Below are positions 37,132 to 47,422 of a DNA stretch of 64,000 bases, piece by piece. How positions within the stretch are numbered: position 1 is the stretch's first letter; each line of letters starts with the position of its first letter. The stretch comes from a candidate division WOR-3 bacterium (GTDB lineage Bacteria > SDB-A), in NCBI GenBank assembly GCA_016934535.1, contig JAFGSQ010000016.1:1-64000 (forward strand), read 5' to 3'. Position numbers and translations under genes: made by a program. The notes under the pieces are model-generated. The model did no database searches and was not told the DNA's origin. It was given only the letters and a program-made list of their open reading frames with translations.

Positions 37132-39978
37132 CTATAATACGGTGAACTTGCAAACTGAAACATTTACTCCTCTTTTCAACACCGCGAAATAACTGGACTG
37201 AGGAAGAAGATTCCCTCTGCGGTCTGTCAGATTTATTTCAAAGGGTCCGGATCTAAAAACATCCTCGCTTCTTATGATCCTGCCCGTTATGTCGAACAAA
37301 ATGAACTCCGCAGGATCGGATGAGCTGGCTCCCGTGACGTAAAAAACAGCAGTTCCTCTGTTAAAAAGCGAAGAAGGCTTGATTGACAAAACACGGTTTT
37401 CGGGAATCAGGACAATTTCTTCTTCGACACCGAGGGGATTGTACATTCTTATGTCGTCGACGAACCAGCCTTCACGCGTTACCGAACCGTCTGAATGAAA
37501 CCTGAACCTGAATTTTACCGTGCTGCCGACAGGTATCATGTTCAAATCGTATGAAGTCTCGTGCCAGACACTGTCTGTTCCAAATCTTGAACTGATTGTA
37601 TTCCATGTCGTTCCGTTCAGCGAATACTCTACCAATACGGTGTCCCATCCCGATTCTGTGTTGTAACGTTCCCAAAACATGAAAACGCAGTCATTTCCGA
37701 CGAGCATGTCCTGCGATATCAAACTCGCGTTGACGCTGTTCGAGTAAACGTGCGTGGCGGAGTTACCGCAATACCAGCTGTGAGTCGGACTGTGAGACCT
37801 GTATTCGGTTATGTGCCACTGATCACTGGTTCCCGAATGAGTCCACGTTCCCTGTCCGTTTTCGACCGAGTCGATAAACCCCTGAAAACCGACGAGAAAA
37901 CCTAAAGTGTCTACAGTGTTAACGACCGAAGACAATTCGACAGTAACCTCTAAATTGACGAGAGTTCCTACCGAAACGGCGGGATCAACGTAAACCGAAA
38001 ATCCTCCCGCGACCGCAGTCGAACAGGAAGCCAGGCTGTCAAGGTGTGCCGTAGAATCGAGAGCCGTGACACCTGCGGTCAAAGAAGACAGGGTCACGTC
38101 TATGTCGTAACCGGTGGACAGTCCGGTGTTGAGAAGAGTTATGACAGCGGAAACAGTGTCGCCGGGCATCTGGCAAACCGGAGAGAAAGAATGATCGGAT
38201 ATTATTATGGCTGCATTTTGAGGGAGAGAGTATGCCTGTATCGCGTCTAAGTCGTAACCCGGAGTGCCGCCTGTGTAAGAACCGTTGCCGTCGTCGACAA
38301 GCATGACGTACCTTGCTTCAGTTAAATTCGAGGAATTTATGTCTATTCCTGATGTACCGCTGGTCATTCCGACAAAAAACCAGGGTCCGGACCAAGTCGG
38401 GAAGTTGCCGACGTAAACACTGCACGCTTCAGCAGTTCCGTCGTTTCCTTCATATATGATCATGTCCGGTCCAGGTCTGTTCCTGACAGGTGTGTCAGGT
38501 CCCATGTCGAAAACGGCCCATCCCTGTCTTTGTCCGGTTTCAAATCTGACACCGAGTGAAAGATACTGGCCGTCCGGCGCTCCAAGCGCGTTTACCGTCA
38601 GGGTGTGGTTTTGATCGTTGTAATTAGGAACGTTGCATATCGGTATTTTGAAAGCATAGGAAGAGTCCCAGGGAGCCAATTGGACGTCGACTCTCGTGAA
38701 GGTGTCCGCGGTCGTGGTTATTCCCGTCACAGTCTTGGGTTTGTATCCCGGAGCTTCAATTTTTATGGAATATGTTCCGGGCAAAACGTATCTGTGATAA
38801 TCGCCGAAATCCGCGTCAGTATATACGGGCCAACCTATCTCCAGGACTTTTACGCTTGCCCAGAGAGGATTTCCCGTCACTGAGTCCGTCACTGTGCCGG
38901 CGATACCTTGTGAAGCTTTCTGAATCAGGACGAACATCGCACTGTCTTCCCTGTTGCAGATAGCTTCTATCGAATTTGCCGGAGGGTTTTTTATAAGACA
39001 AATTTCAACAGTTGAACCAATGCAGCCGGAAACTCCGTAATCGTAATCTTTGGTCGGTCCGTTTATATAATACATCGTGTGGGAACCCTGTCCGTGTGAA
39101 TAACCTGTGATCACCGAATAGTAGCCCCACAAATTGTCGTACACGGCGGCGTCTTTTGGAGCGTCGTAGTGATAGCTCCACGCCTGGGATATCTGGACCG
39201 TTCCACCGTGATATGATGCGGCCGAGGAAAAATTCCTTGATCTCATGAGTTCTCCGAGAGCCCGGCTTTCGGGTTGGGAAAACGGGCTGGTGCTGGACCC
39301 CTCCCTGTCCCACATGTAGCCGTAATCGCGGTTTATATCGACACCGTTGGCGTTGTACCTTGTCAGATTGGTCCTTCCGTCGGGATTCATCATGGGAATA
39401 ATCCATATTTCCCTGTTGTCGACGAGGCTGGTCAGATAGGGGTTGGCTCCATATCCCTGACAGAGTCTGTAAGCCAGCCAAAGACAGACTTCGACGCTCG
39501 GAGTTTCGTCTCCGTGATGATTGCCGTCGAAACGTATCTCCGGTTCAAATTCGTTTTGATGAGGATTGTCCGTGATTTTTATTGCCTGTATGACTCTGTT
39601 CTGAATCGAATACCCGAGAGTCTCAACAGACACGATGTTCGGATTTGACACGGCAAGACTCTCGATGAACGCTACTGTCTGAGAGTGACTGTGATAAGCC
39701 GACCAATCGGGTTGGCTGAAAAGGCTGTCCAGGTATTTTGAGTAATCATCTACTATTATCTCTACATCGTAACCTCTCGATTCCACTTCCTCTATCATTC
39801 TTTCAGTCAAAACGGTTTCTATCAGCCTCGGACCGACAATCCTGTCCGGGACCGTTCTTATGTTCCTGCACTCAAGCCTTACGTCGTCCGAGTGAAGCCT
39901 GATTCTCACGACACTCTCTTTCGCCTGAACGCTTGAAAATGCCGCAAAGACTAAAATCAAACCAAAAAGTCTTTTCAT
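37132..39978 (-). CDS. Secreted M14 zinc carboxypeptidase with regulatory-like, Ig/MAM-like and C-terminal sorting-like domains
   Basis: Signal peptide MKRLFG (ATG 39978 after AGGAGAGG); HGDE, NPDG, RYNANGVDINRD, SYHG, catalytic E in STVEI; 'GWFVDDI'; tail 'GVEE...FDITGR...YF'. Confidence 0.9.
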   Translation of the reverse strand: MKRLFGLILVFAAFSSVQAKESVVRIRLHSDDVRLECRNIRTVPDRIVGPRLIETVLTERMIEEVESRGYDVEIIVDDYSKYLDSLFSQPDWSAYHSHSQTVAFIESLAVSNPNIVSVETLGYSIQNRVIQAIKITDNPHQNEFEPEIRFDGNHHGDETPSVEVCLWLAYRLCQGYGANPYLTSLVDNREIWIIPMMNPDGRTNLTRYNANGVDINRDYGYMWDREGSSTSPFSQPESRALGELMRSRNFSSAASYHGGTVQISQAWSYHYDAPKDAAVYDNLWGYYSVITGYSHGQGSHTMYYINGPTKDYDYGVSGCIGSTVEICLIKNPPANSIEAICNREDSAMFVLIQKASQGIAGTVTDSVTGNPLWASVKVLEIGWPVYTDADFGDYHRYVLPGTYSIKIEAPGYKPKTVTGITTTADTFTRVDVQLAPWDSSYAFKIPICNVPNYNDQNHTLTVNALGAPDGQYLSLGVRFETGQRQGWAVFDMGPDTPVRNRPGPDMIIYEGNDGTAEACSVYVGNFPTWSGPWFFVGMTSGTSGIDINSSNLTEARYVMLVDDGNGSYTGGTPGYDLDAIQAYSLPQNAAIIISDHSFSPVCQMPGDTVSAVITLLNTGLSTGYDIDVTLSSLTAGVTALDSTAHLDSLASCSTAVAGGFSVYVDPAVSVGTLVNLEVTVELSSVVNTVDTLGFLVGFQGFIDSVENGQGTWTHSGTSDQWHITEYRSHSPTHSWYCGNSATHVYSNSVNASLISQDMLVGNDCVFMFWERYNTESGWDTVLVEYSLNGTTWNTISSRFGTDSVWHETSYDLNMIPVGSTVKFRFRFHSDGSVTREGWFVDDIRMYNPLGVEEEIVLIPENRVLSIKPSSLFNRGTAVFYVTGASSSDPAEFILFDITGRIIRSEDVFRSGPFEINLTDRRGNLLPQSSYFAVLKRGVNVSVCKFTVL

Positions 39979-40014
39979 ATCCTCTCCTAGCAAGGTAAAA
40001 TTTTCAGATACTTG

Positions 40015-40043
40015 TTGACTAATTTTGAGGCTCTAAATATACT
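40015..40043 (+). promoter_or_regulatory. Sigma70 promoter of the gcv-VOR-ptb operon
   Basis: TTGACT (40015-40020), 17 nt, TATACT (40038-40043). Confidence 0.7.
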
Positions 40044-40093
40044 AATATACATTGTGCCAGACCTATAATCAACAAGAATTGAACGGAGTAAAT

Positions 40094-41203
40094 ATGACTG
40101 AACCGGAACTCAAGACGACACCTTTTTACGAAGAACACCTGAAAAATGCAGCAAAAATAGTGCCGTTCGCGGGTTTTAAAATGCCCATCCAGTATCCCGC
40201 CGGAATTGTATCCGAAGTTTTAAACGTCCGCACAACGGCGGGATTGTTCGACGTCTCTCACATGGGCGAAATCGAAATCAGGGGCAAGCAAGCTGCGGAT
40301 TTTGTCAATTTCATAGTCACAAACGATGTCTCGAACCTGCCCGATAAAGGAGTACTGTACACTGCCATGTGCTACCCCGGAGGCGGGATAGTTGACGATT
40401 TACTTGTCTACAGACTCGAGAATTACTTCCTTCTCGTGGTCAACGCTTCCAACATAGAAAAAGATTTCAGCTGGATAACTGAGAACTCAGCAGGATTCGA
40501 TGTTGAGATCGCCAATAAATCCGATGAAACGGCGCAACTTGCGCTACAGGGACCCGTTTCGGAAAAAATAATGCAAAACATTGCCGACATAGATTACGGA
40601 TCTCTCGGATTTTATCAGAGCGCCCGGACTGAAATCGAAAATGTGCCCGTTATCATATCCAGGACAGGTTACACGGGAGAAGACGGCTTTGAGATTTATT
40701 CCCCCGCAGACAGGTCTACTTTTCTCTGGCAAAAAATTCTTGACGCCGGAGAGAAATTTTCCGCATGCCCTGTTGGCCTTGCCGCCAGAGACATTTTGCG
40801 GCTCGAAATGTGCTATTGCCTTTACGGGAATGACATATCAAAAGACACCACACCGCTGGAAGCAGGATTAGGATGGGTGGTAAAACTTGAAAAACAGGAT
40901 TTTGTAGGGAAGAAAGTTTTACTCGATCAGAAACAAAACGGAGTGGACCGAAGGCTTGTTCATTTCGTGATGAACGGGAAAGGAGTCGCCAGGAAAGGAT
41001 TCGCCATACATTCCGCCGGCGAAGTTGTCGGAGAAGTGACCAGCGGCGCTTATTCCCCAATTCTCGACAAAAGCGTAGGCATGGGATATGTTAAAACAGG
41101 CCATCACAAGATAAATTCACGGATTGACATAGACGTCAGATCAAAATTATTTGAAGCGGTCATCGTCAAACCGCCTTTTTACAAAAACGCAACGCACAAA
41201 TAA
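40094..41203 (+). CDS. gcvT: Glycine cleavage system T protein (aminomethyltransferase)
   Basis: FDVSHMGEI, NASN, ALQGP, SRTGYTGEDGFE, GLAARD.LRLE; ATG 40094 after GGAG. Confidence 0.96.
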   Translation: MTEPELKTTPFYEEHLKNAAKIVPFAGFKMPIQYPAGIVSEVLNVRTTAGLFDVSHMGEIEIRGKQAADFVNFIVTNDVSNLPDKGVLYTAMCYPGGGIVDDLLVYRLENYFLLVVNASNIEKDFSWITENSAGFDVEIANKSDETAQLALQGPVSEKIMQNIADIDYGSLGFYQSARTEIENVPVIISRTGYTGEDGFEIYSPADRSTFLWQKILDAGEKFSACPVGLAARDILRLEMCYCLYGNDISKDTTPLEAGLGWVVKLEKQDFVGKKVLLDQKQNGVDRRLVHFVMNGKGVARKGFAIHSAGEVVGEVTSGAYSPILDKSVGMGYVKTGHHKINSRIDIDVRSKLFEAVIVKPPFYKNATHK

Positions 41204-41230
41204 AAGTAATAATCAAAAGAAGGAGGACCG

Positions 41231-41632
41231 ATGTCCGAAACGACAATTATGCCGGATCTTTTTTACACAGCAACTCACGAATGGGTTAAAGTTGAAAACC
41301 AGAAAATCACGATCGGACTGACTGATTTCGCGCAACAAGAACTCTCAGACATTGTCTATTTGGAGTATCACGCCGCCGAAGGAGACATCGTAAAAAAAGG
41401 CGATTCCCTGTGCACAGTTGAAGCTGTGAAGACGGCAGAAGATATTTTTTCGCCTGTTGACGGCAAAATACTAAAGATAAATGTCGCTCTGCCGGACAAT
41501 CCTTCCTTGCTCAACAAAGAACCTTACGAAGGTGGATGGATAGCCGTTATAGAAACCTCCGAAGAATTTTCTCCAGCCTATCTTCTCAGCGCCGAAGATT
41601 ACAAAATGGTGGTGCTTGAAAGCGCTCATTAG
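41231..41632 (+). CDS. gcvH: Glycine cleavage system H protein
   Basis: HEWV, GLTDFAQ..L.DIV, lipoyl-Lys VEAVK, PYEGGWI. Confidence 0.96.
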   Translation: MSETTIMPDLFYTATHEWVKVENQKITIGLTDFAQQELSDIVYLEYHAAEGDIVKKGDSLCTVEAVKTAEDIFSPVDGKILKINVALPDNPSLLNKEPYEGGWIAVIETSEEFSPAYLLSAEDYKMVVLESAH

Positions 41633-41640
41633 AGGAACGC

Positions 41641-42996
41641 ATGCCCTACATCCCTCACACAGATGACGATAAAAAGAATATGCTGGAAAGAATCGGATTT
41701 ACTGATTTTGATTCTCTCTTGAAAGACATATCACCGGACCTGCCGTGCAAAGATCATTTCGACCTGCCCAAAGGAATAACCGAATGCGAACTTATAAAAC
41801 TAATGCAAAAAACCGCTTCTCAAAACTGCGATTCCGTCAAAACACTGTGCTTCGCCGGAGGAGGAGTTTATGACCACTACATTCCTGCGGCTGTTCAGCA
41901 CATATCATCGAGACCCGAATTTTACACTGCATACACGCCATACCAACCGGAAGTGAGCCAGGGCACTCTTCAGGTTATCTTCGAATTTCAATCAATGATC
42001 TGCGAACTGACGGGCATGGATGTTTCCAACGCTTCAATGTACGACGGAGCAACAGCACTTTCTGAAGCTCTGATAATATGTTCAAAAATAAAAAAGAAGA
42101 ACAGGATAATTATTTCCCAATCATTTCACCCTTCGGTTCTTAAAGTTGCCGAGACTTATCTTTCTCACGGCTTCGAACTGGTCAAATGCCCGATAAACGA
42201 AGACGGTGCGACGGACATTAAAGAGATGGAAAAACTCTTGAACACAGATACGGCTGCTGTCGCGGTACCTTACACCAATTTTTTCGGGACGATTGAACCG
42301 ATCGCCGATTTCATTGTCGGAGCACGCTCCAAAGGAGTTCTGTCGGTGATTTACACGAATCCGCTTACACTTTCACTGCTCGAACCGCCGGGAGCATTCG
42401 GCGCCGATTTCACTGTAGGTGAAGGCCAACCTCTCGGTATAGAAATGTCATACGGCGGCCCTCTTCTCGGCATTTTCACCTCAAGAAGAGAACACATCAG
42501 AGCAATACCAGGAAGGATAATCGGTGAAACTTCCGACAAAAAGGGCAACACAGGATATGTGATGACCCTTCAAACCAGAGAGCAGCACATTAAGAGGGAA
42601 CGGGCAACGAGCAATATATGCACGAATCAGGCTCTGTGCGCACTCAGAGCGGCTGTTTATCTTGCCCTGATGGGGAAAAAAGGGCTTGAAGACGCCGCAC
42701 TGCGTTCTCACCAGAACGCTCAAAAACTGAATTCATCACTGACCGCAATTAATGGAATAAAAAACGTTTTCCCCGATTCCGCTTTTTTCAATGAATTTGC
42801 CATAGAATTGCCTGTTGACGCTTCCGTCGTTTCGGCAAAGATGCTGGAGAAAAACATAATCGCCGGAATTGATCTCGGAATTTTCGACAAGAAAAGAAAA
42901 AAACAGATTCTCATAGCTGTCACTGAGAAAAGAACCGACGGAGAACTCGAGTATTACGCTGATTCAATCAAAGAAGTTTTAAAGGAGGCCAAATGA
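41641..42996 (+). CDS. gcvPA: Glycine dehydrogenase (decarboxylating) subunit 1
   Basis: FYTAYTPYQPEVSQG, NASMYDGATA, TREQHIKRERATSNICTNQ; 451 aa, alpha-subunit size. Confidence 0.95.
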   Translation: MPYIPHTDDDKKNMLERIGFTDFDSLLKDISPDLPCKDHFDLPKGITECELIKLMQKTASQNCDSVKTLCFAGGGVYDHYIPAAVQHISSRPEFYTAYTPYQPEVSQGTLQVIFEFQSMICELTGMDVSNASMYDGATALSEALIICSKIKKKNRIIISQSFHPSVLKVAETYLSHGFELVKCPINEDGATDIKEMEKLLNTDTAAVAVPYTNFFGTIEPIADFIVGARSKGVLSVIYTNPLTLSLLEPPGAFGADFTVGEGQPLGIEMSYGGPLLGIFTSRREHIRAIPGRIIGETSDKKGNTGYVMTLQTREQHIKRERATSNICTNQALCALRAAVYLALMGKKGLEDAALRSHQNAQKLNSSLTAINGIKNVFPDSAFFNEFAIELPVDASVVSAKMLEKNIIAGIDLGIFDKKRKKQILIAVTEKRTDGELEYYADSIKEVLKEAK

Positions 42997-43229
42997 CCGC
43001 AGTTGAAACTTATCCCAAAGTAGTCATAAACGCTTCACTGTGCAAAGGATGCGGACTGTGCATAATAGCCTGCCCTAAAAATTGCCTTGTAGCTTCTCCC
43101 GATCTTAATGAAAAAAGCTTCCATCCCGCCGCTTATACTGGCGAAGGTTGCATAGGATGCGGGACGTGCTTTTACACATGCCCTGAACCCGGCGCCATAG
43201 AAGTTTATCCAAAAGATCACAAAGAATAG
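42993..43229 (+). CDS. 2[4Fe-4S] ferredoxin, delta subunit of a 2-oxoacid:ferredoxin oxidoreductase
   Basis: CKGCGLC...CP and CIGCGTC...CP. Confidence 0.92.
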   Translation: MTAVETYPKVVINASLCKGCGLCIIACPKNCLVASPDLNEKSFHPAAYTGEGCIGCGTCFYTCPEPGAIEVYPKDHKE

Positions 43230-43238
43230 GAGAAAAAA

Positions 43239-44297
43239 ATGGCAAAAGAACTGATAAAAGGAAACTACGCCGTCGTCAAAGCGGCAATCCTAGCCGGTGC
43301 CGAGACATACTTCGGCTACCCGATAACGCCGGCTTCCGAAATAGCTGAAGGTTCGGCATATTATTTTCCCAGGGTCAACAGGACTTTCCTTCAGGCAGAA
43401 AGCGAAGTCGCTTCAATAAACATGCTCTATGGTTCAGGAGGAGCCGGAGCGAGAACACTGACCGCGAGTTCCGGCCCCGGCATCAGTCTCATGCAGGAAG
43501 GCATTTCCTATGCCGTCGGAGCTGAAGTCCCGTGCCTGATAGTCAACGTTATGAGAGCCGGACCGGGTCTCGGAAACATCGCTCCTGAACAGGCGGATTA
43601 CAATCAGTCGGTCAAGGGCGGCGGACACGGGTCTTACCATCTCATTGTGCTGGCGCCTAATTCGGCACAGGAAATGTGCGACCTGACTATAAGGGGTTTC
43701 GAACTCGCCGATAAATACAGAATTCCGGTTGTGCTTCTTTCTGACGCGTTCATCGGCCAGATGATGGAACCCGTGGAATTTCCCGAACCGCTTCCCCAAA
43801 AAGACCTTCCTAAAAAACCATGGTCAACACAGGGAACCAAAGAATTTTCGCGCAGCATAATCAATTCGATTTATCTGGAACCCTCCGAAATGGAAAAACA
43901 CATCGAAAGGCTCGGTGATAAATTCAGAAAGATTGAAGAGAATGAAACCGCGTTTGAGGAATTCATGACAGACGATGCTGAAATCATACTCATAGGTTAC
44001 GGAATAACGTCGAGAATTCTCAAAGACGTCACTGAAATCGCGAGAAAAGAAGGTATAAAAGCCGGCCTTTTCAGGCCGATAACTCTTTGGCCGTTCCCGG
44101 GGAAAAAACTTAAAGAACTCGCCAAAAAAACAAAAAATATCCTTGTAGTAGAGATGTCAGATGGTCAGTTGTTCGATGACATCAGACTCCAGACAGACTG
44201 CAAAACAGAAATATATTTGTACAAAAGAATGGGCGGTATTGTTCCAACTTCGGCTGAAATACTTGAACAGGTCAAAAAAATAACGGGGAGGAAGTAA
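43239..44297 (+). CDS. vorB: 2-oxoacid:ferredoxin oxidoreductase alpha subunit (VorB-like, branched-chain 2-oxoacid type)
   Basis: GYPITP.SEI, QAESE, SSGPGISLMQE, R.GPGLGNI, VEMS.GQ. Confidence 0.85.
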   Translation: MAKELIKGNYAVVKAAILAGAETYFGYPITPASEIAEGSAYYFPRVNRTFLQAESEVASINMLYGSGGAGARTLTASSGPGISLMQEGISYAVGAEVPCLIVNVMRAGPGLGNIAPEQADYNQSVKGGGHGSYHLIVLAPNSAQEMCDLTIRGFELADKYRIPVVLLSDAFIGQMMEPVEFPEPLPQKDLPKKPWSTQGTKEFSRSIINSIYLEPSEMEKHIERLGDKFRKIEENETAFEEFMTDDAEIILIGYGITSRILKDVTEIARKEGIKAGLFRPITLWPFPGKKLKELAKKTKNILVVEMSDGQLFDDIRLQTDCKTEIYLYKRMGGIVPTSAEILEQVKKITGRK

Positions 44298-45718
44298 TGG
44301 GAAAAGTTTTGAGAAAACCCAAAAGTTTTTACGACGAATTTTTCAGAAATCCCAGCCCCGACAAAGGAACCACTCATTACTGTCCCGGCTGCGGACACGG
44401 CATTGTACATAAATACATTGCCGAAGCGATAGAAGATTTTGAAATCGCCGGTAAAACAATTTGGGTAAGTCCCGTCGGATGCAGCGTCTTCGGATACTAT
44501 TACTTCGACTGTGGACATCAGCAGGCTCCCCACGGAAGGGCTCCCGCTGTAGCGACCGGAATAAAAAGGTCCCGGCCTGATTCCGTGGTGATAAGTTATC
44601 AGGGCGACGGCGATCTCGCGGCGATAGGCGGAAACGAGATACTCCACTCAGCCAACAGAGGGGAAAGCATAACCGTATTTTTCGTCAACAACAGCATATA
44701 CGGAATGACAGGCGGACAGATGGCTCCGACCACTTTGGTCGGTCAGAAAACGACCACCACACCGTACGGAAGAAATCCTGCAAACGAAGGTCACCCTCTG
44801 AGAATGGCTGAATTGATATCTCAGCTTGAATCTCCGGTTTACGTCGAAAGGGTGAGCCTTCACGACACCAAGCACAGAATAAAAGCCAGACTAGCAATAA
44901 GAAAAGCTCTGCAGATTCAGATGGAAAATAAAGGATTTTCATTCGTCGAAATTCTCTCCCAGTGCCCTTCCGGCTGGAAAGTAACACCCGTCGACTCCCT
45001 GAAATGGATTGAAGAAAATCAGTTGCCGTATTTTCCTGTCGGTGTTTTCAAAGACGTGTCTTCACAAAGAACACCCCGGGAAATCATAAGACCTTTGTGG
45101 GAAAACAAAAAAATTAAAGAAGCTCTTGAGTTCGAAACGCAGGTAAACGTTTACCCTGAGCCAAAACCGAAAAAAGAAATATTCGAAAATCCCAAAATCA
45201 AAATAGCAGGTTTCGGGGGACAGGGAATTCTGATGCTCGGTGTACTTCTCGCCGAATCCGCGATGCTCGCAGGCAAAGAAGTGACCTGGATCCCTTCATA
45301 CGGCCCTGAAATGAGGGGCGGTACGGCGAATTGCCACGTTGTCATAAAATCAGGAAAAATCTCGAACCCGAGCGTCGACAAACCCGACATACTGATTGCC
45401 ATGAACCAGCCTTCATTGGAAAAATTCGAAAAAGACGTCGCGCCAGGCGGTTTGATCATAATAGACACGACGCTTGTCAAAAAAGGCGTGTCGAGGAAAG
45501 ACGTCCAGGTTCTGGCAAAGCCTTTCAGCGAAATAGCCGATAAAGAACTTAAAAACACGAAAGTGACAAACTCGCTGATACTCGGAGCACTCATTGGATT
45601 GACAGGATTAATCGATAAAACCGCAGTATTCGACGCTTTTAAGACTCACATCTCCCGCGAAAACCTCATAGAGATAAACAAAAGCGCTTTGGAAAAAGGG
45701 ATGAACCTGACTGATTGA
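44297..45718 (+). CDS. 2-oxoacid:ferredoxin oxidoreductase fused beta (TPP-binding) + gamma subunit
   Basis: YCPGCGHG, GDGD...NN.IYGMTGGQ, then AGFGGQG and PSYGPEMRGG. Confidence 0.92.
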   Translation: MGKVLRKPKSFYDEFFRNPSPDKGTTHYCPGCGHGIVHKYIAEAIEDFEIAGKTIWVSPVGCSVFGYYYFDCGHQQAPHGRAPAVATGIKRSRPDSVVISYQGDGDLAAIGGNEILHSANRGESITVFFVNNSIYGMTGGQMAPTTLVGQKTTTTPYGRNPANEGHPLRMAELISQLESPVYVERVSLHDTKHRIKARLAIRKALQIQMENKGFSFVEILSQCPSGWKVTPVDSLKWIEENQLPYFPVGVFKDVSSQRTPREIIRPLWENKKIKEALEFETQVNVYPEPKPKKEIFENPKIKIAGFGGQGILMLGVLLAESAMLAGKEVTWIPSYGPEMRGGTANCHVVIKSGKISNPSVDKPDILIAMNQPSLEKFEKDVAPGGLIIIDTTLVKKGVSRKDVQVLAKPFSEIADKELKNTKVTNSLILGALIGLTGLIDKTAVFDAFKTHISRENLIEINKSALEKGMNLTD

Positions 45719-45774
45719 TTTCGACGCTCATTTAATTTTTACCGACTGACTCCAGCATAACGTAGGAGGAGACT

Positions 45775-46671
45775 GTGCCAGAAAAAATGGACGATCTGTA
45801 TAAAATAGCCCTGTCAAAAGGCAGAAAAATACTTTCCGTCGCCTGTGCCGAAGATGAGAATGTCCTGGAAGCCCTCATCGAATCAGTGAAAATGGGCCTG
45901 ACTTCACCCGTACTTTTCGGCGATAAAATCAAAATAACCGGCATTTTACAAAAGAAAGGCGTTGAACCAGATGATTTTGAAATCGTAGACGTGAAAGACC
46001 GGTATCAAGCTGCGCATCAGGCAGTAAAAGCAGTCAGCACAGGAGAAGCGGACTTCCTGATGAAAGGCTTGATTCCGACCTCGAATTTCCTAAAAGCCGT
46101 CCTCGATAAAGAGACAGGACTCAGGTTCTCGGAAGTCTTAAGTCACGCGGCGGTTTTATCTCTCAATCTATATCACAAACTCTTGATAATTACGGACGGA
46201 GGAATGAACGAGCATCCTGACTTGACGACAAAAATCCGGATACTCGAAAACTCGGTCAAACTGTGCGAAAAACTCGGAATAAACAATCCCAAAGTCGCAG
46301 TTCTGGCCGGAGTGGAAACTGTTTCCGAGAAACAGCCTGAGACCATTGACGCCGCACAATTAAGCAAGATGAACTCAACAGGTCAGATAAAAAACTGTAT
46401 TGTAGACGGACCGCTCGCGATAGACGCGGCCATTTCAGAAGAATCGGCACACCACAAAAACATTTTATCTCCAGTCGCTGGCGACGCTGATATTCTTTTG
46501 GTACCTTCGATGTCTGCAGGAAACATGCTCGCAAAATCCCTGATATATTTCGCCTCAGCGCAGGCGGCAGGAGCAATTCTCGGCACGACTAAACCCGTTG
46601 TCATGCTGTCAAGATCTGACGAACCGAAAACAAAACTCAATTCCATTGCCCTTGGATCGGTGCTCTCATGA
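45775..46671 (+). CDS. ptb: Phosphate butyryl/acyltransferase (PTA/PTB family)
   Basis: LMKGLI.T, SH, TDGGMN..P, DGPLAID.A, GN.LAK, SRSD; GTG start after AGGAGG. Confidence 0.88.
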   Translation: MPEKMDDLYKIALSKGRKILSVACAEDENVLEALIESVKMGLTSPVLFGDKIKITGILQKKGVEPDDFEIVDVKDRYQAAHQAVKAVSTGEADFLMKGLIPTSNFLKAVLDKETGLRFSEVLSHAAVLSLNLYHKLLIITDGGMNEHPDLTTKIRILENSVKLCEKLGINNPKVAVLAGVETVSEKQPETIDAAQLSKMNSTGQIKNCIVDGPLAIDAAISEESAHHKNILSPVAGDADILLVPSMSAGNMLAKSLIYFASAQAAGAILGTTKPVVMLSRSDEPKTKLNSIALGSVLS

Positions 46672-46688
46672 AGTTTATGGCAGTTCGC

Positions 46689-46731
46689 TCATTCATTAAC
46701 GATTGCATTTTTTCGTTAATTGAATGATAAT
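46689..46731 (+). promoter_or_regulatory. Inverted repeat overlapping a sigma70-like promoter upstream of the Crp-family gene
   Basis: TCATTCATTAACGA-10 nt-TCGTTAATTGAATGA (one bulge); TTGCAT (46703)-17 nt-GATAAT (46726). Confidence 0.55.
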
Positions 46732-46762
46732 TCAAAGTGTTGTAACTCATCAGGGAAACATA

Positions 46763-47422
46763 ATGAAAACGGATGCAAGCGAATCAACCGAAAAAAAAAT
46801 CATCTACAAAAAAGGCGAATTGATATTCAGTGAAGGCGAAACCGGGAATGAAATGTACCTCATCAAATCAGGAAACGTAAGAATTTATAAACTGACAGGC
46901 AGAATTCAGCACACTTTGGCGGTTATAAAAGAAGGTAATTTTTTCGGAGAAATGGCCATTCTAGACCAATCCCCCAGATCGGCGAGCGCCGAAGCATACA
47001 CAGATGTCGAACTGGTCATATTCGACAAAGAAGCCTTCGTTTCACACATTAGGAAAAATCCCTTCATCGAATTCGTCGTAAATGAATTGATCTCCAGACT
47101 CAGAGTCACTTCCAATCAATTCAAACTTCTCGCTATTCCGGATGACGAACTCAGGTTCGCCACGATTCTGCTCACAAAAGCCCAAAATTTTTCGGACGGA
47201 TTTACCGACGGCGCGATCGTGTCCATGAACATTGACGCCGAAATAATAGCGGCAAGCGTAGGCATAAAAGACGCGACTGCAAAAAAAATCATCGATAATC
47301 TGAAAGAATCAGAAGTCATCATCTACGAAGGCGATAATATGAAAGTCAACACGGATAAACTCAAAGAATTCATCAGATACATAAAACTTAAAAACAAATT
47401 CGAAGACGAGGAGACGGCTTGA
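46763..47422 (+). CDS. Crp/Fnr-family cyclic-nucleotide-binding transcriptional regulator
   Basis: IFSEGE.G..MY.I.SG.V, FFGEMA, PRSASA; C-terminal HTH-like 'IAASVGI'. Confidence 0.88.
   Translation: MKTDASESTEKKIIYKKGELIFSEGETGNEMYLIKSGNVRIYKLTGRIQHTLAVIKEGNFFGEMAILDQSPRSASAEAYTDVELVIFDKEAFVSHIRKNPFIEFVVNELISRLRVTSNQFKLLAIPDDELRFATILLTKAQNFSDGFTDGAIVSMNIDAEIIAASVGIKDATAKKIIDNLKESEVIIYEGDNMKVNTDKLKEFIRYIKLKNKFEDEETA

Noticed and set aside
39979..40093. Glycine riboswitch upstream of gcvT
   Set aside because: The leader after the promoter is only about 45 nt and lacks the aptamer motifs.
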